Sequence record: LC819005.1 | DNA length: 64,000 nt | Direction: 5' to 3' (one strand) | In this document: positions 47,176 to 55,690 of the stretch, piece after piece | How the letters are laid out: every line of letters starts with the position of its first letter | How positions within the stretch are numbered: position 1 is the first letter of the stretch | Notes under the pieces: generated by a model | Database searches by the model: none | Told to the model about the DNA's origin: nothing | What the model saw: the letters and a program-made list of their open reading frames with translations, nothing else | Program-made: the position numbers and the translations under genes

Positions 47176-47349
47176 GCCGTATTCTCCTTATTCGCAGTTC
47201 AATTGGGTTAGCTGCTACTGGTCGTCTCGCCACTGTAAATTACGGAGTTTTTTGTGTGTTGAACTAGTGGCATGCCATATGCGTCGTAGTACAAAAACAC
47301 TTCTCTCCACGCCTGAATCCTATGTCTAAGAAACTTGGCGTCACTACCT

Positions 47350-48078
47350 ATGTTCGAATCCCTTCTTATTACACCACCGCGCAGCAGCATTATCGTCCCC
47401 AGCGGTAATCCGCTGGCAGGGTACAACTGGGACGCGAATGCGAGCACGGGCTCACAACTCATTACCCCTTCGGTTGCAGGGACACTCATTGCTCCGCCGG
47501 TTCCGACTGCAGGTGCATTGCAGGGCTACTCCAAGATTCTGAAGTGTGGCGGTGGAGCACCCAACGTCGAACTGTTGCCACGCTCGTTTGCTAACGTGGG
47601 GCTGGGTGACTACACTGTGGAGTTCCGTATCCTGCTGGGAGCGTCGTCCGGCTACGTGGATCTCTTCACCATCTACTCCAACCCGTACTACATCTACGCA
47701 CGAATTGGTGACTCGGGCTTCGGTAACCGAGTGCAGGTGTCAATGTACCCGACTACCATTGCAGGTTGCTGGAATATCCCGTACAGCCGTACCGACATGA
47801 CCAATGCCTGGCGGCATATGGTCTTGCAGCGTCGAAGCAACAAGTTCTCCTGCTGGTTCGATGGCGTGAAACAAAGTTTAGCCAATGGTACTGGATCGAC
47901 GTACAACACTCCGGATGCTGATGTCTCCGGGATGACCATTACCAATGCCAGCTTTGCAGGCTTCGATGGTACTGCGTCCAACGTCGTCTACGTGGCTGAA
48001 GTCGCGTTCTTCAACATCGCGAAATACACAGGCAACTTCACCCCGCCTGTGGGTTATATGTACCCCATTCCGTCATAG
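47350..48078 (+). CDS. Putative virion protein with a LamG/concanavalin A-like domain
   Basis: ATG at 47350 (MFESLL); GDYTVEFRI, WRHMVLQRRSNKFSCWFDG and KYTGNFTPP are LamG_3-type motifs. Confidence 0.7.
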   Translation: MFESLLITPPRSSIIVPSGNPLAGYNWDANASTGSQLITPSVAGTLIAPPVPTAGALQGYSKILKCGGGAPNVELLPRSFANVGLGDYTVEFRILLGASSGYVDLFTIYSNPYYIYARIGDSGFGNRVQVSMYPTTIAGCWNIPYSRTDMTNAWRHMVLQRRSNKFSCWFDGVKQSLANGTGSTYNTPDADVSGMTITNASFAGFDGTASNVVYVAEVAFFNIAKYTGNFTPPVGYMYPIPS

Positions 48079-48122
48079 CGGCATAAAGCCCGGGTCACCC
48101 CAGGCTTTATGCTTTTATGCCG
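48079..48122. terminator. Bidirectional terminator
   Basis: CGGCATAAAGCCCGGG-tcac-CCCAGGCTTTATGC...TTTTATGCCG. Confidence 0.8.
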
Positions 48123-49037
48123 TCAGTCCTTCGGATACACTTCTTTGTTGAACGCAAGGAACGTATTCAACTGTGCGCGGGCGACTTCCACCGCGCCCGA
48201 CCAGATCACCTGATAAGCGCGATCCAGATGCTCCCACGCCTTGAGACCGCGCACACGGTGCTGATCCTGCGAGTCCCAGGAGTAATTCATCGTCATGTGC
48301 ACCGACGTCTTGTAGATGCCGTAGATCGTATCGGCCATGGCGTCCGGCTTGTTGACCAGATGATGCACGATCACCTGCGCCGGGTCGATATCCGGCAGCG
48401 AACGGAACAATTCGCTGTGCTTCTCGAAGTCACCCAGGAAACGGGTCACAGCCGAGCGTACCTGGTCTCCCTGGACGATCGTGAACAGGCGTGCGACTTC
48501 ACTGATGATCGACGGGATGCGCACTTGGATATACGCGTCCTGGTCACCGACCCACAACGCGAAACGCAGATACACGTCCCAGTTCAGCTCCGTGTTCAGA
48601 CGCTTCACCACGATCGCGCTTTCGAAGTGCACGCCGGTTTCGTTCTCGGCTCGCTTCTGCCGCACGAAGTCTTCCATGATGATCAGCAGTTCCTCGACCG
48701 GCCGTGGATCTTTCACCAGTCGATTCGGCAACTGCAGGCCGTGGGGTGCCAGTTGCTTCTGGATGTAGTTCTCCACCCGATGGAGTGTATGCAGGAAGTT
48801 ATCCCGCTCATACATCGCGTTGTAGATCACCGTGCCCGGTTCTTCGGACAGATTCAAGGTAATCCAGCGATCGTGATTCAGACCGCTGTTGAGTGCTGCC
48901 GTGCGCAAGCCCTTCGCTGCGCTGTAATGCTTCTGCGTCGATGGCGCGCTGAAGAGGGATTGCACTTTGACCGAATAGCCAAAGCCCAATGCTTGTTCCA
49001 GGAAATCCTGGAGGGAGAGAGTCGTCACGGCTTCCAT
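48123..49037 (-). CDS. Hypothetical protein (304 aa)
   Basis: GAAGGA RBS before ATG at 49037. Confidence 0.75.
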   Translation of the reverse strand: MEAVTTLSLQDFLEQALGFGYSVKVQSLFSAPSTQKHYSAAKGLRTAALNSGLNHDRWITLNLSEEPGTVIYNAMYERDNFLHTLHRVENYIQKQLAPHGLQLPNRLVKDPRPVEELLIIMEDFVRQKRAENETGVHFESAIVVKRLNTELNWDVYLRFALWVGDQDAYIQVRIPSIISEVARLFTIVQGDQVRSAVTRFLGDFEKHSELFRSLPDIDPAQVIVHHLVNKPDAMADTIYGIYKTSVHMTMNYSWDSQDQHRVRGLKAWEHLDRAYQVIWSGAVEVARAQLNTFLAFNKEVYPKD

Positions 49038-49109
49038 GTCATCCTTCTGATTATTCGGGGTGGCTTTTCTAATAACACTCAATCTGAATGTGAGTAGAAA
49101 AACGAAAAA

Positions 49110-49720
49110 AATAAATAGCACATTGCCCACCCTCTAACCACTCGGTCTTACTCTAGCCGCTTCGCGAAGTAGCTAGTGTCAAGTGAGTGCGTTGGGGCGG
49201 GCGTATGCCTTTCTTTGAGTGACGCGGATCTCTCAGCAAATCTCCTAGTGGCATTCCATCGGTTCCAGATTGATGGCGCGGGCTAGGTCTCAGTGCTTAT
49301 TGAGTTCTCTGTCAAAGACACCACACAGGCGTCTGTTTCTCGATTCTGGTAGCGTGTACTTACCAGGCTTGAGGGCTCGTCAGTTCCCTCAATATGACGC
49401 CAGTTGTCCGACGTACGCAAGTATGTCTGCAATCGGAGAGCCAGCGTGAGCGACGGCATGTAAGAGCCAAGTAAGTGAAGATCAGCTACTTTTCACTGTA
49501 GGTGTTAGCCCTGTTCCTAGCGACTCGCGTCGTTAAGGAACCCATTTTACGCAGGTGCTCATGCTGCGCGGAATGTAGGCGATGCAAACGAGCATCAGAC
49601 CACGGGTTGAACGTTAGGTCCAATACCCGCGTGAAAAGAGGAGATCTCCAGAAACCCCAGCTCAAGTACCGCAAGAAGCTAGCGTAACCGTAGATTTTTT
49701 GTTCTCCTTATTTGGTTCTA
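49110..49720 (-). ncRNA. Candidate large structured ncRNA (about 550-600 nt), family not recognised
   Basis: No credible ORF; more than 10 hairpins; G.U pairs mostly favour the minus strand; GCGA tetraloop; ends in a long hairpin plus T-tract. Confidence 0.55.
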
Positions 49721-49757
49721 TAAAAATGGAAAGAGCTGTAAATTCTTACAGCTTACC

Positions 49758-50006
49758 TTATTCCGGCTTCTGATTCCGAATGCACTCGTCCCGAGCACGC
49801 TCGAAACGTTCGGTGCGCCACTGATTCAGAAGCAGGTCCACGTTAGTCGTGGACGGCGCAACCGCAGGAGGCGGCGAAGGCGGGACAGCCTCCACCACCT
49901 CCCAGACAACCGGCGCCGGCTTGAGACGCTGCTCACGCGATTGGCGAGCTTGCAGCGATTCAGAGGTCGTTGTAATACGAGACACTGGCGAGAGGCTTAT
50001 GGTCAT
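49758..50006 (-). CDS. Small hypothetical protein
   Basis: 82 aa, followed by the hairpin AGCTGTAA-gaat-TTACAGCT; overlaps the upstream ORF. Confidence 0.45.
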   Translation of the reverse strand: MTISLSPVSRITTTSESLQARQSREQRLKPAPVVWEVVEAVPPSPPPAVAPSTTNVDLLLNQWRTERFERARDECIRNQKPE

Positions 50007-50346
50007 AGCTGAAAATCTCCAGGGTATAACGCATACGAGTTTCGCTCTTTTCGCGAGTAATCTTCGCGGTCGGGTGCGTAGCCGACGTGCTCTTGAATGC
50101 AGCCTTGAACGACTGAACTGCCTCGATGTAGCGGTTCAGCTTTGCTTCATCCAGCATGGTCATGTTGCTGTAACGCAGAGCACGTTGCACGCGGCGCAGT
50201 TCGTTTTCGAGTGCGTCGTGATGCACGGCCGTGTTCGTGAAGAAGTCAACGTTCTGCACTTCAAACGTTTCGACCTTCGGTGCAACCTTGGCCGGTGCGT
50301 CTTCGATACCGAGCAGGGCTTTGAGTTCGTTGGTGATGGACAGCAT
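49960..50346 (-). CDS. Hypothetical protein
   Basis: 128 aa, AAGGAG RBS. Confidence 0.7.
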   Translation of the reverse strand: MLSITNELKALLGIEDAPAKVAPKVETFEVQNVDFFTNTAVHHDALENELRRVQRALRYSNMTMLDEAKLNRYIEAVQSFKAAFKSTSATHPTAKITREKSETRMRYTLEIFSYDHKPLASVSYYNDL

Positions 50347-50377
50347 GGCAATACTCCTTGAGTTGTTTAAAAGGTTT

Positions 50378-50704
50378 TCAGATCACTGCGCTCAGGCAGG
50401 TATAACCAACCGAGTGAGTCTCAGACCCCTCGATTGCTCGGACCTCGATCCTGAGGCCACCGGCACCACGGATGGATTTGCGCGTAATCGTCAGCACGCT
50501 AAACTGCCGCTCACCAAGCTCACGCACTTTCTCGCTGAAGAGGATTATCTCTTCCAGCATCTCGCCTTCCAATTCAAAGGCACGGGCATAGCGCAGAGCA
50601 TTCAAGCTCTCCACATGTGCCGCTATCTTACCTTCCTGGCGCTCCGTGTAAGTTTCCTTAGCGGGCAGCCAGGCCATCATTCTCTTTCTTTCTACGGTTG
50701 ACAC
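50378..50704 (-). CDS. Hypothetical protein
   Basis: 108 aa, GGGAG RBS, GTG start. Confidence 0.6.
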   Translation of the reverse strand: MSTVERKRMMAWLPAKETYTERQEGKIAAHVESLNALRYARAFELEGEMLEEIILFSEKVRELGERQFSVLTITRKSIRGAGGLRIEVRAIEGSETHSVGYTCLSAVI

Positions 50705-50794
50705 AATTGCTCCCTGTTGCGAGTTGTTCGGCGCATAAAGCGCCGACCACCAGGGTCAGCGCTTGTGTTAGTTCTTATTCAACCACGACTCCAA

Positions 50795-51223
50795 TTACTG
50801 CTTGAACCAGACAGCCGAGCGGGTGGTGCCGTCGACCAACACGTACACCACCTTCACGCATTCGCGCGTTTGGCCCGGCGTGCACATCACGCCCGTGCAC
50901 AGAGACACAGCCGACCAGTTATCGCGGATCATGTTGCGATCAATGTCGCTCAACAGGTCCTTGAGAGCCGTCAGATGCAGGTCACGCGTGTACGGCAACT
51001 GGCGCTCGATACTGGAGATCGCATCGCGCAGCGACGAACGCTTGAAGATGTCGCCTTCGTTGAGGAAGTCCGAGCGGCTGTACTCGACGAAGCCGAGCGG
51101 CATATTGCCCGGCAGGCTCGACGGCTGCGGAGCCGGCGCAGCTGCGGGACGATCACCCAGTGCGTCAGCGAGGATGTTCAGGGCAACAGCGGCAGCCAGC
51201 TTCGAGGTACGGTTCGTGAACAT
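50795..51223 (-). CDS. Hypothetical protein
   Basis: 142 aa, AAAGGAAA RBS, followed by a terminator at about 50732-50765. Confidence 0.75.
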   Translation of the reverse strand: MFTNRTSKLAAAVALNILADALGDRPAAAPAPQPSSLPGNMPLGFVEYSRSDFLNEGDIFKRSSLRDAISSIERQLPYTRDLHLTALKDLLSDIDRNMIRDNWSAVSLCTGVMCTPGQTRECVKVVYVLVDGTTRSAVWFKQ

Positions 51224-51267
51224 GGTATTTTCCTTTACAGAGTTTATTGAGTTAGAGGTACTACTAC

Positions 51268-51546
51268 TTACAGACAGATGCGACCACTCACCACAAAGCT
51301 GGCGATATGGTCTTCGATATACTTCATGGAGTCGTGGTTACGGGCATCGCAGAAGCGATTGATTTCCGCAACCATCACGCGAGCCAATACCTGCTTGGTG
51401 TAACGGCCCACATTGACGTGGTCCTTTTCCACCGCTTGTTCTACCGCTACCAGAGCTGCCTGACGGCGTGCAGCCCAGTCAATCGTCGGAGCCTTTTCCA
51501 TGAGTGATCCAAATGCATTGGTCATGAGAGCAGAGATGAGAGACAT
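51268..51546 (-). CDS. Hypothetical protein
   Basis: 92 aa, ATG start. Confidence 0.6.
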   Translation of the reverse strand: MSLISALMTNAFGSLMEKAPTIDWAARRQAALVAVEQAVEKDHVNVGRYTKQVLARVMVAEINRFCDARNHDSMKYIEDHIASFVVSGRICL

Positions 51547-51608
51547 GATCTAGTCCAGTTGGCAGGCACATTGGAGAGAGCTCTTGCTCTCCCCGATGAG
51601 TCCGCTAG

Positions 51609-51890
51609 TTAGCGACCATCGATTTCGAACCGTTCTACCAGTTCATCGACGACACACAAGTCCGAGATGCTGCGGACATCTTTCGCAGCCTTGAGCAAAC
51701 GCTCCAGCTCGTCAGCGCGACGGTTCTTCATGAACTCCGGCGTGCTGTGAGTGTGGTCGTCTTCCATCGCCGCGGCCAACTTGCTGCTCACCCGAGCAAA
51801 CAGTCGGTCGAACTTCGCCACCACATCCGTTGCCAGTGTACGGCTGGGATGATTCAGGGGGCGTGCGGGACGGTTGATGAATTCAAACAT
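51609..51890 (-). CDS. Hypothetical protein
   Basis: 93 aa, TAAGGAAG RBS. Confidence 0.7.
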   Translation of the reverse strand: MFEFINRPARPLNHPSRTLATDVVAKFDRLFARVSSKLAAAMEDDHTHSTPEFMKNRRADELERLLKAAKDVRSISDLCVVDELVERFEIDGR

Positions 51891-51901
51891 GTTACTCTTC
51901 C

Positions 51902-52018
51902 TTATTTAGAATTATGATCGACGACTTCGACAGTGTAGTCATCACTAACAACGTGAAGCGCGGGACAAACAATCCGCACCAACCAACACACCAGCTTATC
52001 CAACCACAGAACTTTCAT
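51902..52018 (-). CDS. Small protein (38 aa) missing from the ORF track
   Basis: GAGGTG RBS; MKVLWLDKLVCWLVRIVCPALHVVSDDYTVEVVDHNSK; its stop overlaps the RBS of the next gene. Confidence 0.55.
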   Translation of the reverse strand: MKVLWLDKLVCWLVRIVCPALHVVSDDYTVEVVDHNSK

Positions 52019-52089
52019 TGAGTCACCTCTCTGAATTTCATGTTGCGGATACTGCGGCATAAAGGCCAGGGTCTCCCCTGGCCTCTTAC

Positions 52090-52596
52090 TTACGCCATCA
52101 GGGATTGACCCATCAGGTACTGCGCATGCAACGCCTTCACCCGATCCAGGTTAGGCGTTGCAAACGGCGTATTGATCGCCTTCTGGAGGAAGGTGCCAAT
52201 ATCATCCCACGGACCGTGACCACGATCGGTGACGTCTGCACCGAAGATGAAGTCCACGTCCGAACCCGTGAGCGTCGTACCGAAACCATCGGTATCGAGC
52301 GCCCGGGTGATATAACCCGAACAGCACACGCCCAGACCCACCGGCGCATCCGACGTCCTTACGTCATGCTGGAATACCACCGCGTTACCGAAGGGTGTGC
52401 CCACCATGATGATCTGGCGGCCATCCGGCGCCGTCGTCTTGGCGAACTGACCCGAAGTCAGCTTCGGTGCGTCAGCGGAATTTACCGCGCCAAAGAAGCC
52501 GTCATCCACGAGCCACTTCGGATCGAAGCCCAGCATGTTGTCGATGGCGAGGAACTTCTTGTCGAACTTGCGGATTGCGTAGATTTGCTTGAACAT
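52090..52596 (-). CDS. Hypothetical protein
   Basis: 168 aa, AGGAG RBS, followed by a terminator at 52055-52088. Confidence 0.75.
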   Translation of the reverse strand: MFKQIYAIRKFDKKFLAIDNMLGFDPKWLVDDGFFGAVNSADAPKLTSGQFAKTTAPDGRQIIMVGTPFGNAVVFQHDVRTSDAPVGLGVCCSGYITRALDTDGFGTTLTGSDVDFIFGADVTDRGHGPWDDIGTFLQKAINTPFATPNLDRVKALHAQYLMGQSLMA

Positions 52597-52687
52597 TTAA
52601 GTTCTCCTGATTTAGAGTTATTGAACTACGGGTTGGACTGCATTGCGAAGAGCTATCCGGAGATAGCCCTTGACACTGCCGCCTAAC

Positions 52688-53092
52688 TTACCACCAGCGC
52701 GCCATCACGAAAGCCGCGAAGCATTCGAGCGAGTCGAACAGCTCCGGCTCCTCCTCACGGGTGTCGTTGTAGAACAACTCACCCCAGATGGGGAAGCTGT
52801 GCAACGAACCCGGGCGGAGCTCATGAACGATCGTGCACCCGTACAGCTGGGCCATGATCGTGCTCTCAGTGCGGTACTCCCACTTGAGCGTTTTCATGAG
52901 CTGCGAGAGCGCCGTACCTTCGCCACGTCGCGGATCATTCTCCGGACGACGGCTCAGGTAGATCTCGGCGGCTTCATGATCGCGGCAGTAATCCACCGCG
53001 GTCTTGCCCTTGATCTTCTCGCTGCGCTCCGCATACAGGCGGGCGACTTCAGCGTTGATCTCGGGGGAATACAGATCCCGATTCTTTTCCAT
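52688..53092 (-). CDS. Hypothetical protein (134 aa)
   Basis: AGGAG RBS before ATG at 53092. Confidence 0.7.
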   Translation of the reverse strand: MEKNRDLYSPEINAEVARLYAERSEKIKGKTAVDYCRDHEAAEIYLSRRPENDPRRGEGTALSQLMKTLKWEYRTESTIMAQLYGCTIVHELRPGSLHSFPIWGELFYNDTREEEPELFDSLECFAAFVMARWW

Positions 53093-53093
53093 C

Positions 53094-53351
53094 TCAATCT
53101 CCTGGATTGTCCATTGCGTTGCGAGCCTGCGTAACACTACGCTCAACTCGTTCTTCGAGACCCTCAGCTTCGTACAAGACGAACTCGGTCGGCTTGTAGT
53201 CAGAGGGCATGCCATCGATCGTCTTCAGGAAGTTCTTAGCCAAGCTCAGACTGCTGTCTGCCCAGCGTCGCTTGTCTTGCGACATCTTGGAGCGCGGCAA
53301 CACGTCTTCCAACTCAGCCACCAAGGACCGTAAGTAATCGAACTTGCTCAC
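53094..53351 (-). CDS. Hypothetical protein
   Basis: 85 aa, GGAGG RBS, GTG start, coupled to its neighbours. Confidence 0.65.
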   Translation of the reverse strand: MSKFDYLRSLVAELEDVLPRSKMSQDKRRWADSSLSLAKNFLKTIDGMPSDYKPTEFVLYEAEGLEERVERSVTQARNAMDNPGD

Positions 53352-53596
53352 AGGTCATCCTCCAAGATCCACCGGGTAACTTGCTCATTCAGAGCAATGC
53401 CTTCCAGCATGTGAATACGATCATGAGCATCGTAGCTCTTGAAGAACAGGACGATCTCGTCACGCAGCTTGCAGTAGCTGCGGAACAGATCTTCGGTGAG
53501 CGTGTCGTTGTGAATGTGCGTGCACATCACGTCATCGATACGCTCCAGCATGCTGAGCTTCAAAGTTTCAGCATCCGACAGAAGTTGCTCCGCCAT
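53348..53596 (-). CDS. Hypothetical protein
   Basis: 82 aa, GGAGG RBS. Confidence 0.65.
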   Translation of the reverse strand: MAEQLLSDAETLKLSMLERIDDVMCTHIHNDTLTEDLFRSYCKLRDEIVLFFKSYDAHDRIHMLEGIALNEQVTRWILEDDL

Positions 53597-53599
53597 GAC

Positions 53600-53980
53600 T
53601 CAAGCCTCCTTGCCCGAACGCAGACCGGTGAAACGGAAGTGGTACTGGCGTTGACCACCAATCTCACTGAAGTACAGCACGTAGATGTTCGACTCCGTGA
53701 TGTTGTCACAGTAGTACACCGTGACTTCCCAGTTCTTGATGAACGTGGCGAAGTCGCTGTAGGCCAGCTCGATCACGTCGCCAACTGCTTCGCGCATCAG
53801 CATGCCTTCCTGGTCGACTGCCACCGTGCCGGTGTAGTCGATACGATCCTGCAGTTGTTGCAGGACTTCATTCAGCACCGTGATACCGAAGTGACCGTTG
53901 ATGATGGTCTTCTTATTGGTCAGGTACTTGCGCTTGTTAGCTTCGATGAGCTTAGCGGCGGCGGAGAGAACTTTACCCAT
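53600..53980 (-). CDS. Hypothetical protein
   Basis: 126 aa, TAAGGAG RBS. Confidence 0.7.
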   Translation of the reverse strand: MGKVLSAAAKLIEANKRKYLTNKKTIINGHFGITVLNEVLQQLQDRIDYTGTVAVDQEGMLMREAVGDVIELAYSDFATFIKNWEVTVYYCDNITESNIYVLYFSEIGGQRQYHFRFTGLRSGKEA

Positions 53981-54018
53981 GGTGATACTCCTTATTTAGA
54001 ATTGGAATGGTAATACGG

Positions 54019-54258
54019 TTAAGCGACTTTCTTGATAACGAGGAACTGCTCGTAGTTGACCGGGTCATCCGGATCATCCACGTAGCTGCGTGTGCGCAGG
54101 CTGACCGACTCGATGCTGAGATGTTCCAGCACCAGGCACTCACCCCACTTCTCGTTACACAACGTCAGGATTGAAGCCATGGTTCGATACTCGCCTGTCG
54201 AGAGAAGATACATTTCGGTATCCGTATCAACCGGCTGTTCCACTGTCCACTGAGACAT
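54019..54258 (-). CDS. Hypothetical protein (79 aa)
   Basis: AAAGGAAA RBS before ATG at 54258. Confidence 0.65.
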   Translation of the reverse strand: MSQWTVEQPVDTDTEMYLLSTGEYRTMASILTLCNEKWGECLVLEHLSIESVSLRTRSYVDDPDDPVNYEQFLVIKKVA

Positions 54259-54268
54259 GGTGTTTCCT

Positions 54269-54703
54269 TTATTGTTCAGCACGAATCACGAACGAAGCCT
54301 TACCGACTTTCGTTCCGCGATCGCAGAATTGCAATTCGAAGAAATCCGTGTTCTTTACATCGCCGTCAAAGAAGAGCCAGGCGTCTGGTTCTTCCCGATC
54401 ATTCGCTACTGCAATGGCTGCGGTCAGCGTGGTCATGAACCGCGCATCCGCTTTGGTAATCTTGGTTACTGCTTCCGGTGACGCTCCAGTCATCTGGAGT
54501 TTGTTCGTCCGGATACTGCACCAGAAGGAAATCATCTGGACGACGCTCTTGTGTTCTGGCGTCAGCTTCACACACTGCAGGTCACGTGTCTTCGCCGGTT
54601 TCAGGCTAACACGGTGACCACTTGCGCTCGCAAAGCTAGCCAGCGCATGGCCTGCCAAGAACTTGGCGGTGTTGCCCGTCAAGGCGTTGAACAAGTAACC
54701 CAT
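54269..54703 (-). CDS. Hypothetical protein
   Basis: 144 aa, GGAG RBS. Confidence 0.7.
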   Translation of the reverse strand: MGYLFNALTGNTAKFLAGHALASFASASGHRVSLKPAKTRDLQCVKLTPEHKSVVQMISFWCSIRTNKLQMTGASPEAVTKITKADARFMTTLTAAIAVANDREEPDAWLFFDGDVKNTDFFELQFCDRGTKVGKASFVIRAEQ

Positions 54704-54729
54704 GATTTACTCCAAAGAAAAAATCCAGC

Positions 54730-54840
54730 GAAAAGAACGGGGAAGAGCTTTCGCCCTTCCCCGTAAAAGTGCCTAGCCCATTCGGGCTACGCTCACGAGA
54801 AAGCAGCCTAAGTAGCCATATGGTTACATTAGTTCAAGTG
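54730..54840 (-). ncRNA. Candidate ~100-nt small RNA or attenuator leader
   Basis: Starts at a promoter motif; hairpin TAGCCC-gaat-GGGCTA, then terminator ACGGGGAAG...CTTCCCCGT plus TCTTTT. Confidence 0.4.
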
Positions 54841-54858
54841 GTGATATGTGGTTGAAAC
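54841..54858 (-). promoter_or_regulatory. Putative early promoter
   Basis: Minus strand GTTTCAACCACATATCAC. Confidence 0.65.
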
Positions 54859-54878
54859 TTTTTTCGTTTGAATCGTAG

Positions 54879-54923
54879 CGGCATAGGAGCGAGAGGAGGC
54901 GCAATGCCTCCTCTCGCTTATGC
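54879..54923. terminator. Terminator of the NTase operon
   Basis: GCGAGAGGAGGC-gcaat-GCCTCCTCTCGC with CGGCATAG on the left. Confidence 0.85.
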
Positions 54924-55690
54924 TACTGAGTTGTTGCAGTTGCTTCCTTGCGGGCGAAATACACGTGATGCGCTGTTTCCGTCGGATTGCGATCCTTGAT
55001 GCTCGCTACCATCCGTACCAGAATCTGCGGCGCTGTCGACATGTTCTTGCCAGCATTCTCCGATACATCGATCACAAACGACAATACCGTGCGGATCGAG
55101 CCTGTCGTCGTACGTTGACGGCAGTGATCAATCAGGTATTTGTTGTTGTGGTCCATGCAGTGGTAGATGTACAGCGCCAACTGCTCCAAGCTGTCGTTCA
55201 TACACGCCCAGCCGTCTTGCGCCATGACTTCAACCATCTCCTTGGTGAGCATGCTGATCGCGTTGTGATCCAGGTCGATCTTCTTCAACTCATGCCAGCG
55301 GTTCTTGTCGTAGCCGCAGATACTGCTCACCGTGCGTAGCCCCGTTTCGCCTTCTGGTCCGTAGAACACCGTAGTGATCAGGTTCAATCGCACCGGGCCC
55401 TTGCGTACGTTAGAAAGCCGCCGCATCTGGTTCAGGATCGCGATGATCGAGCTTTCACGATCCTGAGGCTCAGCAAGCGCAGACACGTACGACGTCAGAT
55501 CCGTAAAGGGGATGGGTTGCGTGGCAACTTCTTCTTCCTCCGAAGCAGGCTCTTTCAGAACCGGTTCTTTAGCTTTACCCTTCTCGGGCAACGGTTGTGC
55601 ACGATCGGGTAGGATGTAACCTGCCAGGAACAGGAACATGTAGCCAAAGAACAGGCGGACGTAATGGACTACGAGCTTGAGGGCTTTCAT
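54923..55690 (-). CDS. N-terminally membrane-anchored hypothetical protein
   Basis: 255 aa; hydrophobic N-terminus VVHYVRLFFGYMFLFLAGYIL; 4-bp overlap with the NTase-B stop; GGAGG RBS. Confidence 0.75.
   Translation of the reverse strand: MKALKLVVHYVRLFFGYMFLFLAGYILPDRAQPLPEKGKAKEPVLKEPASEEEEVATQPIPFTDLTSYVSALAEPQDRESSIIAILNQMRRLSNVRKGPVRLNLITTVFYGPEGETGLRTVSSICGYDKNRWHELKKIDLDHNAISMLTKEMVEVMAQDGWACMNDSLEQLALYIYHCMDHNNKYLIDHCRQRTTTGSIRTVLSFVIDVSENAGKNMSTAPQILVRMVASIKDRNPTETAHHVYFARKEATATTQ

Noticed and set aside
49486-49720. tmRNA tag-peptide reading frame or a 62-aa CDS in the 49-kb island, tempting because SspB is nearby
   Set aside because: No frame ends in a LAA-type degron and there are no tRNA-like termini. 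The ORF has a TTG start far from the Shine-Dalgarno sequence and atypical codons.
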